Below, piece after piece: positions 17,846 to 26,442 of a DNA stretch of 32,000 nt. Position numbers and translations under genes: made by a program. A model generated the notes under the pieces. The model made no database searches and was not told where the DNA came from. It saw only the letters and a list, made by a program, of their open reading frames with translations. Source of the DNA: Planctopirus limnophila DSM 3776 (GTDB lineage: Bacteria > Planctomycetota > Planctomycetia > Planctomycetales > Planctomycetaceae); assembly GCF_000092105.1 (NCBI RefSeq), contig NC_014148.1, forward strand, positions 3,780,001 through 3,812,000. Direction: 5' to 3'. Each line of letters opens with the position of its first letter. The stretch's first letter is position 1.

Positions 17846-18946
17846 CTAGAACTCACCAACAATGGCTGAATCGCTCTTGCCCATCAGAGCCATAAAGGTG
17901 CCATTAAAGTCGATGTTCTGAGACAGAAAGCGAACGCCACCATCACCCAACAGGACATGTGCCCCACCCGTATGGGCCGAACGGAGTGCACCGTTATTGG
18001 AAATGGAGAGGCAACGCTGCCAGCCCGAGTTCGTCGTATCGTTGATGGGAGCCATCGGGATGGCGACGTTAAATGTGACTTCGTTCGAAAAGTTCCCGGC
18101 ACCGACGAAGCGGCCTGATGAAAGCATTCCGCCCGAGAAAACACCTGTCGTTGCGCCATAGCCACACGAACTGTTGTAAGCATAACCGGCGGCTTCAAAA
18201 CCCGGGCGAACATCCCACTGGCTGCCATTCGAAGACCGGAAAAAATCGGAAACTTCACCCGCCATTACGGTATTCGATGTCCCATCAATCACATCTGCAA
18301 AACGGACAGGGCCGCGTCCACTCCAGGTCGTCCCGGTCGCTCCCACCACCTGGGTGATCATCCCCGAATCATTCTTATAGCCATTCGCAAAGAAATTGGG
18401 CGAAGTGATTGTGGATGTTCCGGGCACAAAGTAAGCACCCGAAATGCCCACGTAATCGGCAATCTGAAATGGGTACGTGGCCGGCGCACCGGCTGTGGTC
18501 GATCCTGTACTGGCTGTGGCGGTGTAAGTCGTCGGCAGGGGACTGCTGGGGCAATTCACGCCCGGGACTCGCAATGAGGAAACAATGCGCCAGTTGAGAT
18601 TCGGCCCACCAGCGGATCGATTGTCAAAATCGGTCCCCGAAAAAGTGAGCGAATTGAACGCCGCTGCCTGATCGATCTGCGGAAGAATGGCACAGAGCCA
18701 CGAGCGGGATGTCCACGACTGCGAGTCGCGACGAAGGTTCGACGGCATACAACCAAACACGTCGGCATAGTTGTGAATTGCCAAACCCAGCTGCTTGAGG
18801 TTATTGCGGCACTGTGTCCTGCGGGCCGCTTCCCTAGCCTGCTGAACAGCGGGCAGGAGGAGCGCAATCAGGATCGCGATAATGGCAATTACCACCAGCA
18901 ATTCAATCAACGTAAAACCACGGCGAAGACCAGCTTCAGACTTCAT
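17846..18946 (-). CDS. DUF1559 protein with prepilin-type N-terminal cleavage/methylation motif and C-terminal H-X9-DG
   Basis: From the ATG at 18946: MKSEAGLRRGFTLIELLVVIAIIAILIALLLPAVQQAREAARRTQCRNNLKQLGLAIHNY. The C-terminus has AHTGGAHVLLGDGGVRF, which reads H, nine residues, then DG. The start has a ggag/gagg ribosome-binding context. The track start at 19039 adds a Cys-rich atypical extension that would contain the predicted promoter. Confidence 0.9.
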   Translation of the reverse strand: MKSEAGLRRGFTLIELLVVIAIIAILIALLLPAVQQAREAARRTQCRNNLKQLGLAIHNYADVFGCMPSNLRRDSQSWTSRSWLCAILPQIDQAAAFNSLTFSGTDFDNRSAGGPNLNWRIVSSLRVPGVNCPSSPLPTTYTATASTGSTTAGAPATYPFQIADYVGISGAYFVPGTSTITSPNFFANGYKNDSGMITQVVGATGTTWSGRGPVRFADVIDGTSNTVMAGEVSDFFRSSNGSQWDVRPGFEAAGYAYNSSCGYGATTGVFSGGMLSSGRFVGAGNFSNEVTFNVAIPMAPINDTTNSGWQRCLSISNNGALRSAHTGGAHVLLGDGGVRFLSQNIDFNGTFMALMGKSDSAIVGEF

Positions 18947-18998
18947 CCTCAAACTCCAGTTTCGGGAAAAATGGGAAAAACAACAAATTGATTTTGGC

Positions 18999-19014
18999 TG
19001 CAAAGAACATGCCG
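18999..19014 (-). promoter_or_regulatory. candidate sigma-54 (-24/-12) promoter
   Basis: The minus strand reads cGGCAtGttctTTGCA against the consensus TGGCACGnnnnTTGCW. GG and GC have the correct spacing and 10 of 12 specified positions match. The -12 element lies about 53 nt upstream of the DUF1559 ATG. Confidence 0.5.
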
Positions 19015-19419
19015 ACATGCACTTTGTATTCATAATCAAATTCGTGAACTTGATTTGAGGCTCAAGAAACAGCTCACATAAAATTTGTTTAACACAATAA
19101 TTTGTATGTATTTACGGGCTTTTTCATGGACGATTCTCATGAGTTGTCGAGAACATCTACTTTCATGAAATTCATTAGGCAGGCCGACAAAAGGTGAGCG
19201 CGTGCGGAGAAAATCAGCATCTTTATGTATGCAAAAGCATTTTATTTGAGCAGTGTTGCCGGGAATCAAACCTCTGGTCGGTGTGGTTGAAAAAGGGCTC
19301 GGTCTGCCACGTTCCGAGACAGCCAGCGACGAACTTTCTATGATCGCCTGCCGATCGGTGCCCAGGTGGCTTCCATCGCCTCAGGCAAACTGAAAATCGC
19401 GGAAGGAGAACTTGTGGGC

Positions 19420-19815
19420 ATGCTTCAGGAACACACCATTGAGATTCGCGTGCGGTACTCAGAGACCGATGCGATGGGCTTTCTGCACCATGCCAACTTT
19501 TTCAAGTACTTTGAAATGGGCCGCATCGAACTGCTCCGCGCTCAGGGCGGCTCTTATAAAGAGATGGAAGCCGCTGGCATTTTTCTGGTGGTGGCCCGCA
19601 TCGGGTGCCAATACCATTCGCCCGCGTTTTACGATGATGTCCTCACCTTAAGGACGATCGTGACCCAGGTTTCCATGTGCAAGATCGAGCACGAGTATCA
19701 GCTCCTGCGCGGCGACGTGAAAATCGCCACAGGCACCAGTACGCTGGCTTGCCTCGATCGCGAAGGACGCATTCAACGATTGCCCGAAGAAGTGACTGGC
19801 AAAGCAGCTTCCTGA
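19420..19815 (+). CDS. acyl-CoA thioesterase, 4HBT/YbgC hotdog family
   Basis: MLQEHTIEIRVRYSETDAMGFLHHANFFKYFEMGRIELLRAQG... is the typical YbgC-like N-terminus, with the catalytic Asp in SETD. I prefer the ATG at 19420 (ggaaggag upstream) over the GTG at 19366. Confidence 0.8.
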   Translation: MLQEHTIEIRVRYSETDAMGFLHHANFFKYFEMGRIELLRAQGGSYKEMEAAGIFLVVARIGCQYHSPAFYDDVLTLRTIVTQVSMCKIEHEYQLLRGDVKIATGTSTLACLDREGRIQRLPEEVTGKAAS

Positions 19816-19842
19816 GCATCTCCCGCAAGATTCAGTGACATT

Positions 19843-21417
19843 TCAATCATCAGCCATCAGCCCAAACTCTTCGAGTTTTCGCTTGAGCGTCGTGCGGTGA
19901 ATTCCCAAAAGTCTCGCGGCTTCGGACATATTCTGCCGACATTGATGCAGAATTGTTTGAAACAGTTCCGCTTCTGCTTGAGCCAGAAAGCGGGCATGCA
20001 ATCCAGCATCTTCGAGTTGAGGTGCAGCTTCAATCGCGAGGTTGGCCTGCAGTTTCGCTTCCTGCAGCCTCGTCTTCGCCCATTGCCGAACAGCGACTGT
20101 CAGCGGATCCTGTTCTCCCTTTGTTTCAGCTGTGGGAATGGCCTGGTGGAATGGCGAGGCCGCCGAATTCACTTGCGACGCAGCACCGGGCGGCACTTCA
20201 AGTGGTGCCATAGCTGCCGGTAGGTGCCAAGGTGCGGGTGAGGCCACTGGCGACATGATCAGGGCATGTTCAATCGCATTGCGAAGTTCTCGCACATTCC
20301 CATGCCATGGCCGCTCTTGCAAAGCTGCCAGAAACTCCGTGGTGAATTCCAGATGGGATCTTTTGGGCGCGACCTGCCTGAGGAAATGCCGGGCGAGATC
20401 AGGAATGTCGCCCACGCGATCACGCAATGGAGGAAGCTCCAGCTGGAACGTCACCAGCCGGTAATACAGATCGTGACGGAACTGACCACTCCGCACAGCA
20501 TCCAGCAGATTCTGATTGGTCGCCGAGATCAAGCGAAAATCGACGCGGTGAGGCTGATCCGCCCCCACAGGCCAGATCTCACGCTCTTCGAGTGCTCGCA
20601 AAAGTTTCACCTGCAAGGCTGGCGGAATATCGGCCACTTCATCCAGGAAAACCGTACCGCCAGCCGCCTGATCGAAGACTCCCCGGCGCGAGAGATCGGC
20701 TCCGGTGTAGGCACCTTTTACATGGCCAAACAGCTCGCTTTCAGCCAATGCGGGATTCAGTGCCGCCAGATTGACCGGCACAAGAGGCCCTTTCTCTCGC
20801 CCGCTGTAATGATGAATCGCCCGGGCCGCGAGTTCCTTGCCTGTCCCACTTTCCCCATGAATATGTACGCAGGCTTCCGATGCCGACACCAGGGCAATCT
20901 GTCGAAAAACTTCCTGCATGACGGGCGAAGAACCCACCAGTTGATTCACTTTGGCTTCATGGGGTTTCAGCTCAAAACGGTTCTCGTCGAGCTTTTGTGC
21001 GTTGTTCAACGAGGGCGTGGAATCAGCCGCCTGATCAGTTCCTGCCGATGCAGCATTGGTGGCAGGAATGATCCGTTCGAGCAGTCGTTCCACATGGCTG
21101 AGCGAAAATGGCTTCACCAGATACTCAAAGGCCCCTTTTCTCACAGCATCAACGGCTGTCGAAAGCTGGCCATAAGCGGTCATCACAATAATTCTCGGGA
21201 AAGCGCTCTGCTGCCGGATCGTTTCGAGGATCTCCAGCCCCGATTTCCCCGGCAGCCGAACATCCAGAAAGACCACGTCAAAACTCTCACGCCGGCTGCA
21301 TTCCAGTGCCTCTTCGGCTGTCGCAGCAATCGTCGACGTACAACCCAGTTGACGGCAAAGCCGCGCCAGCCCCCAGCAGATTGCCGGTTCATCGTCGACA
21401 ATCAGAACATGACTCAT
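19843..21417 (-). CDS. sigma-54-dependent response regulator (NtrC family: REC, AAA+, Fis-type HTH)
   Basis: From the ATG at 21417 (gaggag upstream). REC domain: MSHVLIVDDEP...VVFLDVRLPG. Walker A: GESGTGKE. Also ESELFGH, a GAFTGA-variant GAYTGA, and GNVRELRN. The C-terminal HTH is SEAARLLGIHRTTLKRKLEEFGL. Confidence 0.9.
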   Translation of the reverse strand: MSHVLIVDDEPAICWGLARLCRQLGCTSTIAATAEEALECSRRESFDVVFLDVRLPGKSGLEILETIRQQSAFPRIIVMTAYGQLSTAVDAVRKGAFEYLVKPFSLSHVERLLERIIPATNAASAGTDQAADSTPSLNNAQKLDENRFELKPHEAKVNQLVGSSPVMQEVFRQIALVSASEACVHIHGESGTGKELAARAIHHYSGREKGPLVPVNLAALNPALAESELFGHVKGAYTGADLSRRGVFDQAAGGTVFLDEVADIPPALQVKLLRALEEREIWPVGADQPHRVDFRLISATNQNLLDAVRSGQFRHDLYYRLVTFQLELPPLRDRVGDIPDLARHFLRQVAPKRSHLEFTTEFLAALQERPWHGNVRELRNAIEHALIMSPVASPAPWHLPAAMAPLEVPPGAASQVNSAASPFHQAIPTAETKGEQDPLTVAVRQWAKTRLQEAKLQANLAIEAAPQLEDAGLHARFLAQAEAELFQTILHQCRQNMSEAARLLGIHRTTLKRKLEEFGLMADD

Positions 21418-21848
21418 TTGGCAGCTCTCCTCGAGGATCGGCTGAACGACACTCGACGACAGTTGTCGAGACAGTTCTTCGCCAATCCTTTTCCTGCAAC
21501 TTTCGATCATAGCCGAAGCGTAGCCTCGCTGTCTTTTCGATCACGCTTCGCCTGACCGATCTCGCCGAGTCGATCTTGTCAGGCTGGTGCGAACGAACAC
21601 CAGACACGGCCATCATCTGCCGTTGCAATTCCTACGACCCTGAGAATTGTGGCTGCCGGACTCACCAGGATCAGGTGACGTGCATTTTCGCGTGGTTCGT
21701 ACTCACCACAGACCATCATACTAATCCATACGAGCGGGATGTGTCGCGTATTGGCGATGGGAAGTTATTATCGAGCCTTTGTCGAAAAGCTCGCTCGAAT
21801 AGAACACGGACTGATTTTTCATACATCGGAAGCAAAAGGCCTCGCAAC

Positions 21849-22931
21849 ATGCTCCATGCTGTCATTCTGGCGGGAGGTAGCGGCGTCAGATTCTGGCCCG
21901 TCAGCCAGAGAAATCACCCCAAGCAGTTTCTGGCCCTCGCTGGTGAACAGACACTTCTCCAGCAAACGATGGAACGGCTGGCTGGACTGGTCCCTCCCGA
22001 ACGTGTGCTGATCTCCACCCGCGAGGCATTTCAACAGCTGGTTCTGTCGCAACTTCCCGAACTTTCCTCAGGCCAGTTATTGCTGGAACCTGCACCACGC
22101 GATACAGCACCGTGCCTCGCCGTCGCTGCGGCATTAATCGCCCAGCGCGATCCGGAAGCCACGCTGGTCATCCTCCCTAGCGATCACATGATTGAAGATG
22201 TGCCAGCCTTCCAGCAGGCGTTGCAACTGGCCTCACACACAGTCCATGAACATCCCGACTGCATGGTCCTGATTGGAGCTGTTCCAGCCTCGCCAGCCAC
22301 AGGTTACGGCTATGTCGAAATGGGCCCTCACCTGAACTCCGAAGCAGCGGATGATTCCACGGCTTCTCCCAGTGTCCATCAGGTTCGTTCCTTCCGCGAA
22401 AAGCCCGATCTGGCCACAGCCAAGGAATACTTGAGCACCGGTTCGTTCCTCTGGAGTTGCGGGATCTTTGTCTGGAAGGCGAAAACCTTTCTTGATGTGC
22501 TTTCAAAAAGTGCGCCAGATCTCTCGGCAGTGCTCGATGAATTGATGGCGATTGACAGACTCCAATCACCCGCCGCATGGAACGAAGTCTTCCTGAAATT
22601 CCGTGCGATCTCTGTCGATTACGCCGTCCTGGAGCATGCCCCAAGGCTGGGTGTTGTCCGGGCCAGTTTTGGCTGGGACGATCTCGGCTCGTGGGAAGCA
22701 ACCGCCCGGCATCTCCCTCACGATACGCATGCCAACGTCATCCGTGGTCAGCATGTCGGTCGAGAGACTGCCAACTGCATCATCCACTCAACCGATCAAC
22801 ACCTGATTGCCACTTGTGGCGTGGAAGATCTCGTGATTGTCCATACGCCTCAGGCCACTCTGATTGCCCGTCGCGGTGACGAAGCCGGGCTTAAAGCTCT
22901 CGTCGCAGAAGTCGAAAAGCGACAGGCCTGA
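21849..22931 (+). CDS. mannose-1-phosphate guanylyltransferase (short form, no cupin/PMI domain)
   Basis: From the ATG at 21849: MLHAVILAGGSGVRFWPVSQRNHPKQFL, then EPAPRDTAPC, ILPSDHMI and PATGYGYVE. The track ORF start at 21576 adds 91 atypical residues. Confidence 0.85.
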   Translation: MLHAVILAGGSGVRFWPVSQRNHPKQFLALAGEQTLLQQTMERLAGLVPPERVLISTREAFQQLVLSQLPELSSGQLLLEPAPRDTAPCLAVAAALIAQRDPEATLVILPSDHMIEDVPAFQQALQLASHTVHEHPDCMVLIGAVPASPATGYGYVEMGPHLNSEAADDSTASPSVHQVRSFREKPDLATAKEYLSTGSFLWSCGIFVWKAKTFLDVLSKSAPDLSAVLDELMAIDRLQSPAAWNEVFLKFRAISVDYAVLEHAPRLGVVRASFGWDDLGSWEATARHLPHDTHANVIRGQHVGRETANCIIHSTDQHLIATCGVEDLVIVHTPQATLIARRGDEAGLKALVAEVEKRQA

Positions 22932-22945
22932 TGGCCATAAAAAAT

Positions 22946-22987
22946 CAGCGAGCAGACATTTCTCTTAAGAGAAGTATCTGCTCGCTG
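22946..22987. terminator. bidirectional terminator between convergent genes
   Basis: cagcgagcaga (22946-22956) pairs with tctgctcgctg (22977-22987), 11 bp. The interior contains the perfect palindrome ttctcttaagagaa. The hairpin is flanked by aaaaa on both sides. Confidence 0.7.
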
Positions 22988-23018
22988 TAAAAAGCCATGA
23001 GGCTTTACAAGTCGTCGA

Positions 23019-23669
23019 TCAGTCGAGCCGCTTCACGCGAATGTTCTTAAATCGCACCACACTGCCAGGATCATGTGCCTGGAGTGCGAAAGTCCCTTCA
23101 TCGACAACGCGTGTGAAATCTTTGCCCGGCTTGGCATCAGCAGGTTCTGTGTAATCGACGACGACTTTGTCGTTGACCTTGATCACGACATGCTTGTCTT
23201 TGACGATGACATGCTCAGTAAACCATTCGCCATCTTTCGCGGGGGCTTCAAGCACGTCTTTCACTGCATAAAGACTGCCAGTCTTGCGTGGATCACTCTT
23301 ATAGCTGTTGTTGACCTGGCACTCGAAGCCATGCTTGGGCCAGCCAGTGTCCTGATACTTCGTATGGAAATAGATCCCGCCATTGCTGTTCGGTTCTGTC
23401 CAGACATCGACCTTCAATTCGAAGTTCTTGAAGGGCTTCTCATCACCCACATAAAACAGGTGGCTGCGATTGCCTTTGCAGACAAACGCACCATCTTCGA
23501 TCTTCCAGCTATCGGGATTCTCATTGATCTTCCAGCCTTCAAAAGACTTGCCATCAAAGAGCTGCTTAAAGCCTTCTTCGGTCTCGGCTGCGACAGAAAA
23601 CGCTGTGCCGACGAATGACATCACAGCGAGTATGGCCAGAGTGCCCAGAGCCTTGGTCATGCGAATCAT
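23019..23669 (-). CDS. secreted DUF1080 (3-keto-disaccharide hydrolase-like, LamG-type jelly-roll) protein
   Basis: After a signal peptide it shows the classic DUF1080 pattern: [14 protein letters not shown]...[18 protein letters not shown]...[58 protein letters not shown]. Confidence 0.85.
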   Translation of the reverse strand: MIRMTKALGTLAILAVMSFVGTAFSVAAETEEGFKQLFDGKSFEGWKINENPDSWKIEDGAFVCKGNRSHLFYVGDEKPFKNFELKVDVWTEPNSNGGIYFHTKYQDTGWPKHGFECQVNNSYKSDPRKTGSLYAVKDVLEAPAKDGEWFTEHVIVKDKHVVIKVNDKVVVDYTEPADAKPGKDFTRVVDEGTFALQAHDPGSVVRFKNIRVKRLD

Positions 23670-23706
23670 GGTGTGAAACTGCTCCTAAATCAGAAAATGG
23701 CGGCTA

Positions 23707-23730
23707 TTCTGTCTGCTGAGCAGATCAGAA
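23707..23730 (-). terminator. hairpin downstream of the 396-aa propeller gene
   Basis: ttctgtctgc pairs with gcaga-t-cagaa (10 bp with a 1-nt bulge, 3-nt loop). On the minus strand a moderately T-rich stretch follows. Confidence 0.35.
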
Positions 23731-23822
23731 CTTATTGATGCATTGCAGTCTAATCCCTAACTCACTCTCTCACCAGCAGCGAAATGAAGGATCACTTCTT
23801 TTGGCAGGTTTCGATGGAAGAA

Positions 23823-24995
23823 CTACTTCTTCCCAAAGCAGCAGAGTCGCCCATCCGACGATGTCGAGCCCACCACGAGGTATCCTTCGCCAACCACCGG
23901 CCCGGCATGAATCGACTTGCCGAGATTGAACTTCCACTGCACTTCACCACTCTCAATGGCCAGTTGATAAAGATTCCCATCATCGGAACCAACAAAAACT
24001 CGCTGGTCCACAATCGCCGGACTGCTGTCAACCCGGGCCCGCGTCGGAGTTGTCCATAAACCTTTGCCTGTTGCAATTTCTATTCCATGAATCTGCTTAT
24101 CCCGGCTGCCAATCACCAGCACTTTATCACCCAGCGCTGCCGACGAATGGAAAGGAAACTCTTTGTCACTGGGGCGGTAACGCCAGGCAATCTTCATCTC
24201 TCTCCAGTTGACCGCGACGACTTCATTCGCATAAGTCCCCACATAGAGCAGATCACCACGAATCGCGGGCGAAGCAATCAGATAGGTCGAGAGCGGCAGA
24301 ACGGACAGTTCCTTACCGGTCTGCAGATCAATCCGGCGAAGGTGTTCGTCGCAACCGGCAATGAAGGCTGAGTTTTCGACAATACCCGGCGTGCAATGAA
24401 CATAGCCATCTGTCCCGAATTTCCAGAGTCCGGAACCATCAGCGATTTTTACGCAATGCAGGGCGTTATCATAAGAACCGAACAGCAGGCGATCTTCGAC
24501 GACAACAGCCCCGCTATAGATCTCACCTTCCGTCTTGTAGATCCATTTTCTTTTGCCAGTCGCGGCATCAATCGCATGCATCACCCCGTCTTCATCGCCG
24601 GCATAGACCATGCCATTGGAAATCGTGACGGGGGCTTTGAAACCGGGGGCAAAGCTGTTTGCAGGAATCTCATCAATCGACTGATACGACCAGTCTTTCT
24701 GACCAGACTTCAAGTCGAGACAGACAATATGACCCGATAAACAGGGTGCATAGACCTTGCCGCCTGAAATCGCACAACTGGCCTCAATCTGATCACCCAG
24801 TTGAGCTTCCCAGACTAACTCGAGTTTTTCAGGCAATGTGCTCGTGGCCACTCCTGTCTGAAGGAGATTCTGCCGAAAGCTGGGCCACTCGGCGGCAGGG
24901 CTGGTGACTGAGGAGATCGGTGCAACTTCGCTGGCAGACGAGGTTGACAAGCCTGTGATCAACAGGCCAGCGATACTTAATACCAACGTCGTCAT
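23823..24995 (-). CDS. secreted PQQ-like (BamB/PQQ_2-type) beta-propeller repeat protein, short paralogue
   Basis: [23 protein letters not shown] signal, then EWPSFRQN...LVWEAQLG...GGKVYAP and repeated G-x-[VIL]-x-[AC]-[VIL]-D-x-x-[TS]-G-[KQ]-x-x-W blades. I prefer the ATG at 24995, which overlaps the ADH stop (TGATG); the track start is 25013. Confidence 0.8.
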   Translation of the reverse strand: MTTLVLSIAGLLITGLSTSSASEVAPISSVTSPAAEWPSFRQNLLQTGVATSTLPEKLELVWEAQLGDQIEASCAISGGKVYAPCLSGHIVCLDLKSGQKDWSYQSIDEIPANSFAPGFKAPVTISNGMVYAGDEDGVMHAIDAATGKRKWIYKTEGEIYSGAVVVEDRLLFGSYDNALHCVKIADGSGLWKFGTDGYVHCTPGIVENSAFIAGCDEHLRRIDLQTGKELSVLPLSTYLIASPAIRGDLLYVGTYANEVVAVNWREMKIAWRYRPSDKEFPFHSSAALGDKVLVIGSRDKQIHGIEIATGKGLWTTPTRARVDSSPAIVDQRVFVGSDDGNLYQLAIESGEVQWKFNLGKSIHAGPVVGEGYLVVGSTSSDGRLCCFGKK

Positions 24996-26197
24996 CAGGC
25001 GGAAAATGCACATCGGTAAAGCTCCTCAAGACTGGCTGCATCGACAGGCCGCGGGTTGAATGTTCCTGTCCATTGGACTGATGCCGCCTGAGCCAGTTCA
25101 TGCAGACGACTGGCTTCGACTCCCAATTCCAGCAGGTTCGTCGGTTGGCCAGCCTGCCGGACAACCTGTTCGACATAGCATGCCAGAACTTCGCCAGCAG
25201 TCAATTCTTTACTAACCTGTGCTCGATCGAACTTCGCATCAGAGAGCATAGAAGCGACAAGTTCCGCATACAGGTTGGCGACGACTGGCTCGTTGTATCG
25301 AATCACATGAGGCAACATGATGCCAATCGCCACGCCATGCGTAATGCCATAAGTCGCTGTCAAAGGATTGGCGAGTGCATGGGTCGCACCCAGCATCGAA
25401 TTCTCAATCGCGGCTCCCGCCCAGTGAGCCCCCAAAAGTGCTGCACCGCGTGCGGGAAGGTGAGATGGTTCATCCAGCACAACAGGTAACGCCTGTGCCA
25501 ATAGTCGAAAGGCGCGACGACTGAAGGATTGCGAGACACTGTTGCGGCGTGTCGTCACATGCGATTCAATCGCATGGCTGAGAGCATCAATCCCTGTCGC
25601 AGCTGTCACACTACGTGGCATGCTGACAGCCAACTCAGGATCGAGAATGGCCACTTTGCATGAGGCCCGTTGATCGCCGCACGCCATTTTCACGTGGGTT
25701 TTTGCATCCGAGATCAGCGCGTAAGATTGAGCTTCACTCCCTGTCCCGGCAGTTGTAGGCGCTACGATTAACGGGAGCATAGGCCCTCTGGCTTTGCCCA
25801 CACCCCAGTAGTCATGAATTGTGCCACCACCAGTCAGTACAAAGTTGACCCCTTTGGCACAGTCGATACTGCTGCCACCACCCACAGCGATCAGAAAATC
25901 GGCTTGAGCTTCACGGGCAACCTGTACTCCCAGATCGACATCCTCCGAGGAAGGATTCGGCTGCACACTGCTGAAAAGTGTCGTAGCAATACCGGCTGCC
26001 TGCAGGCTTTGCAGACAGCGGTCGATATGACCCGTGGCCAGAATGCCAGAATCTGTAAAAAGGACCACACGCGAAGCACCATAATCCCTGGCCAGCTTCC
26101 CGAGCTGCAGGATTGAGCCCGGCCCATAAACCACACGAGTCAGTGGGTTATAGTCAAAGGGCTCAAGAAGTTCGCTGCCGAGAGCGCGCGTTGTCAT
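24995..26197 (-). CDS. iron-containing (group III) alcohol dehydrogenase
   Basis: Carries Fe-ADH motifs [29 protein letters not shown] and [10 protein letters not shown]...THGVAIG. It has no signal peptide, so it is predicted to be cytoplasmic. Confidence 0.9.
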   Translation of the reverse strand: MTTRALGSELLEPFDYNPLTRVVYGPGSILQLGKLARDYGASRVVLFTDSGILATGHIDRCLQSLQAAGIATTLFSSVQPNPSSEDVDLGVQVAREAQADFLIAVGGGSSIDCAKGVNFVLTGGGTIHDYWGVGKARGPMLPLIVAPTTAGTGSEAQSYALISDAKTHVKMACGDQRASCKVAILDPELAVSMPRSVTAATGIDALSHAIESHVTTRRNSVSQSFSRRAFRLLAQALPVVLDEPSHLPARGAALLGAHWAGAAIENSMLGATHALANPLTATYGITHGVAIGIMLPHVIRYNEPVVANLYAELVASMLSDAKFDRAQVSKELTAGEVLACYVEQVVRQAGQPTNLLELGVEASRLHELAQAASVQWTGTFNPRPVDAASLEELYRCAFSA

Positions 26198-26398
26198 ACA
26201 GGAACAGTTCCATCAGCTGGCTGTAAGAGCAATATGGGCACTCGCAGGTAATATCGGGAGTCCAGGCGCAGAACAGTTTCGTTGCCCCGGAGTTTCTTGC
26301 AGGCTCTTCATGTGGTAACGAAAGCCTTTTTCAACACCAAAACGTCTTGTTCAACACCTAACCTACTCGAAAGCATCGCTGGTTGAAGCAGTGAAATC

Positions 26399-26418
26399 GC
26401 AAATCAGGCATGATTTGC
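26399..26418 (-). terminator. hairpin just downstream of the 593-aa propeller gene
   Basis: gcaaatca (26399-26406) pairs perfectly with tgatttgc (26411-26418), 8 bp with a 4-nt loop, 25 nt after the stop at 26443. Confidence 0.4.
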
Positions 26419-26442
26419 TCCAGCCAGCGATGAATCCGGAAG

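Noticed and set aside
17731-21576. The extended N-termini offered by the ORF track: 17862 for the lipoprotein, 19039 for DUF1559, 19366 for the thioesterase, 21510 for the response regulator and 21576 for the guanylyltransferase. The same applies elsewhere to 9650 (groES), 5300 (FmdB-like) and 11785 (isomerase).
   Set aside because: In each case an internal ATG begins exactly at the conserved family N-terminus (prepilin leader, REC domain, GroES MALKPL, FmdB MPTYEY and so on), usually with a GGAG-like ribosome-binding site. The extensions are Cys/Arg-rich, often start at GTG or TTG, and overlap neighbouring genes or promoters.
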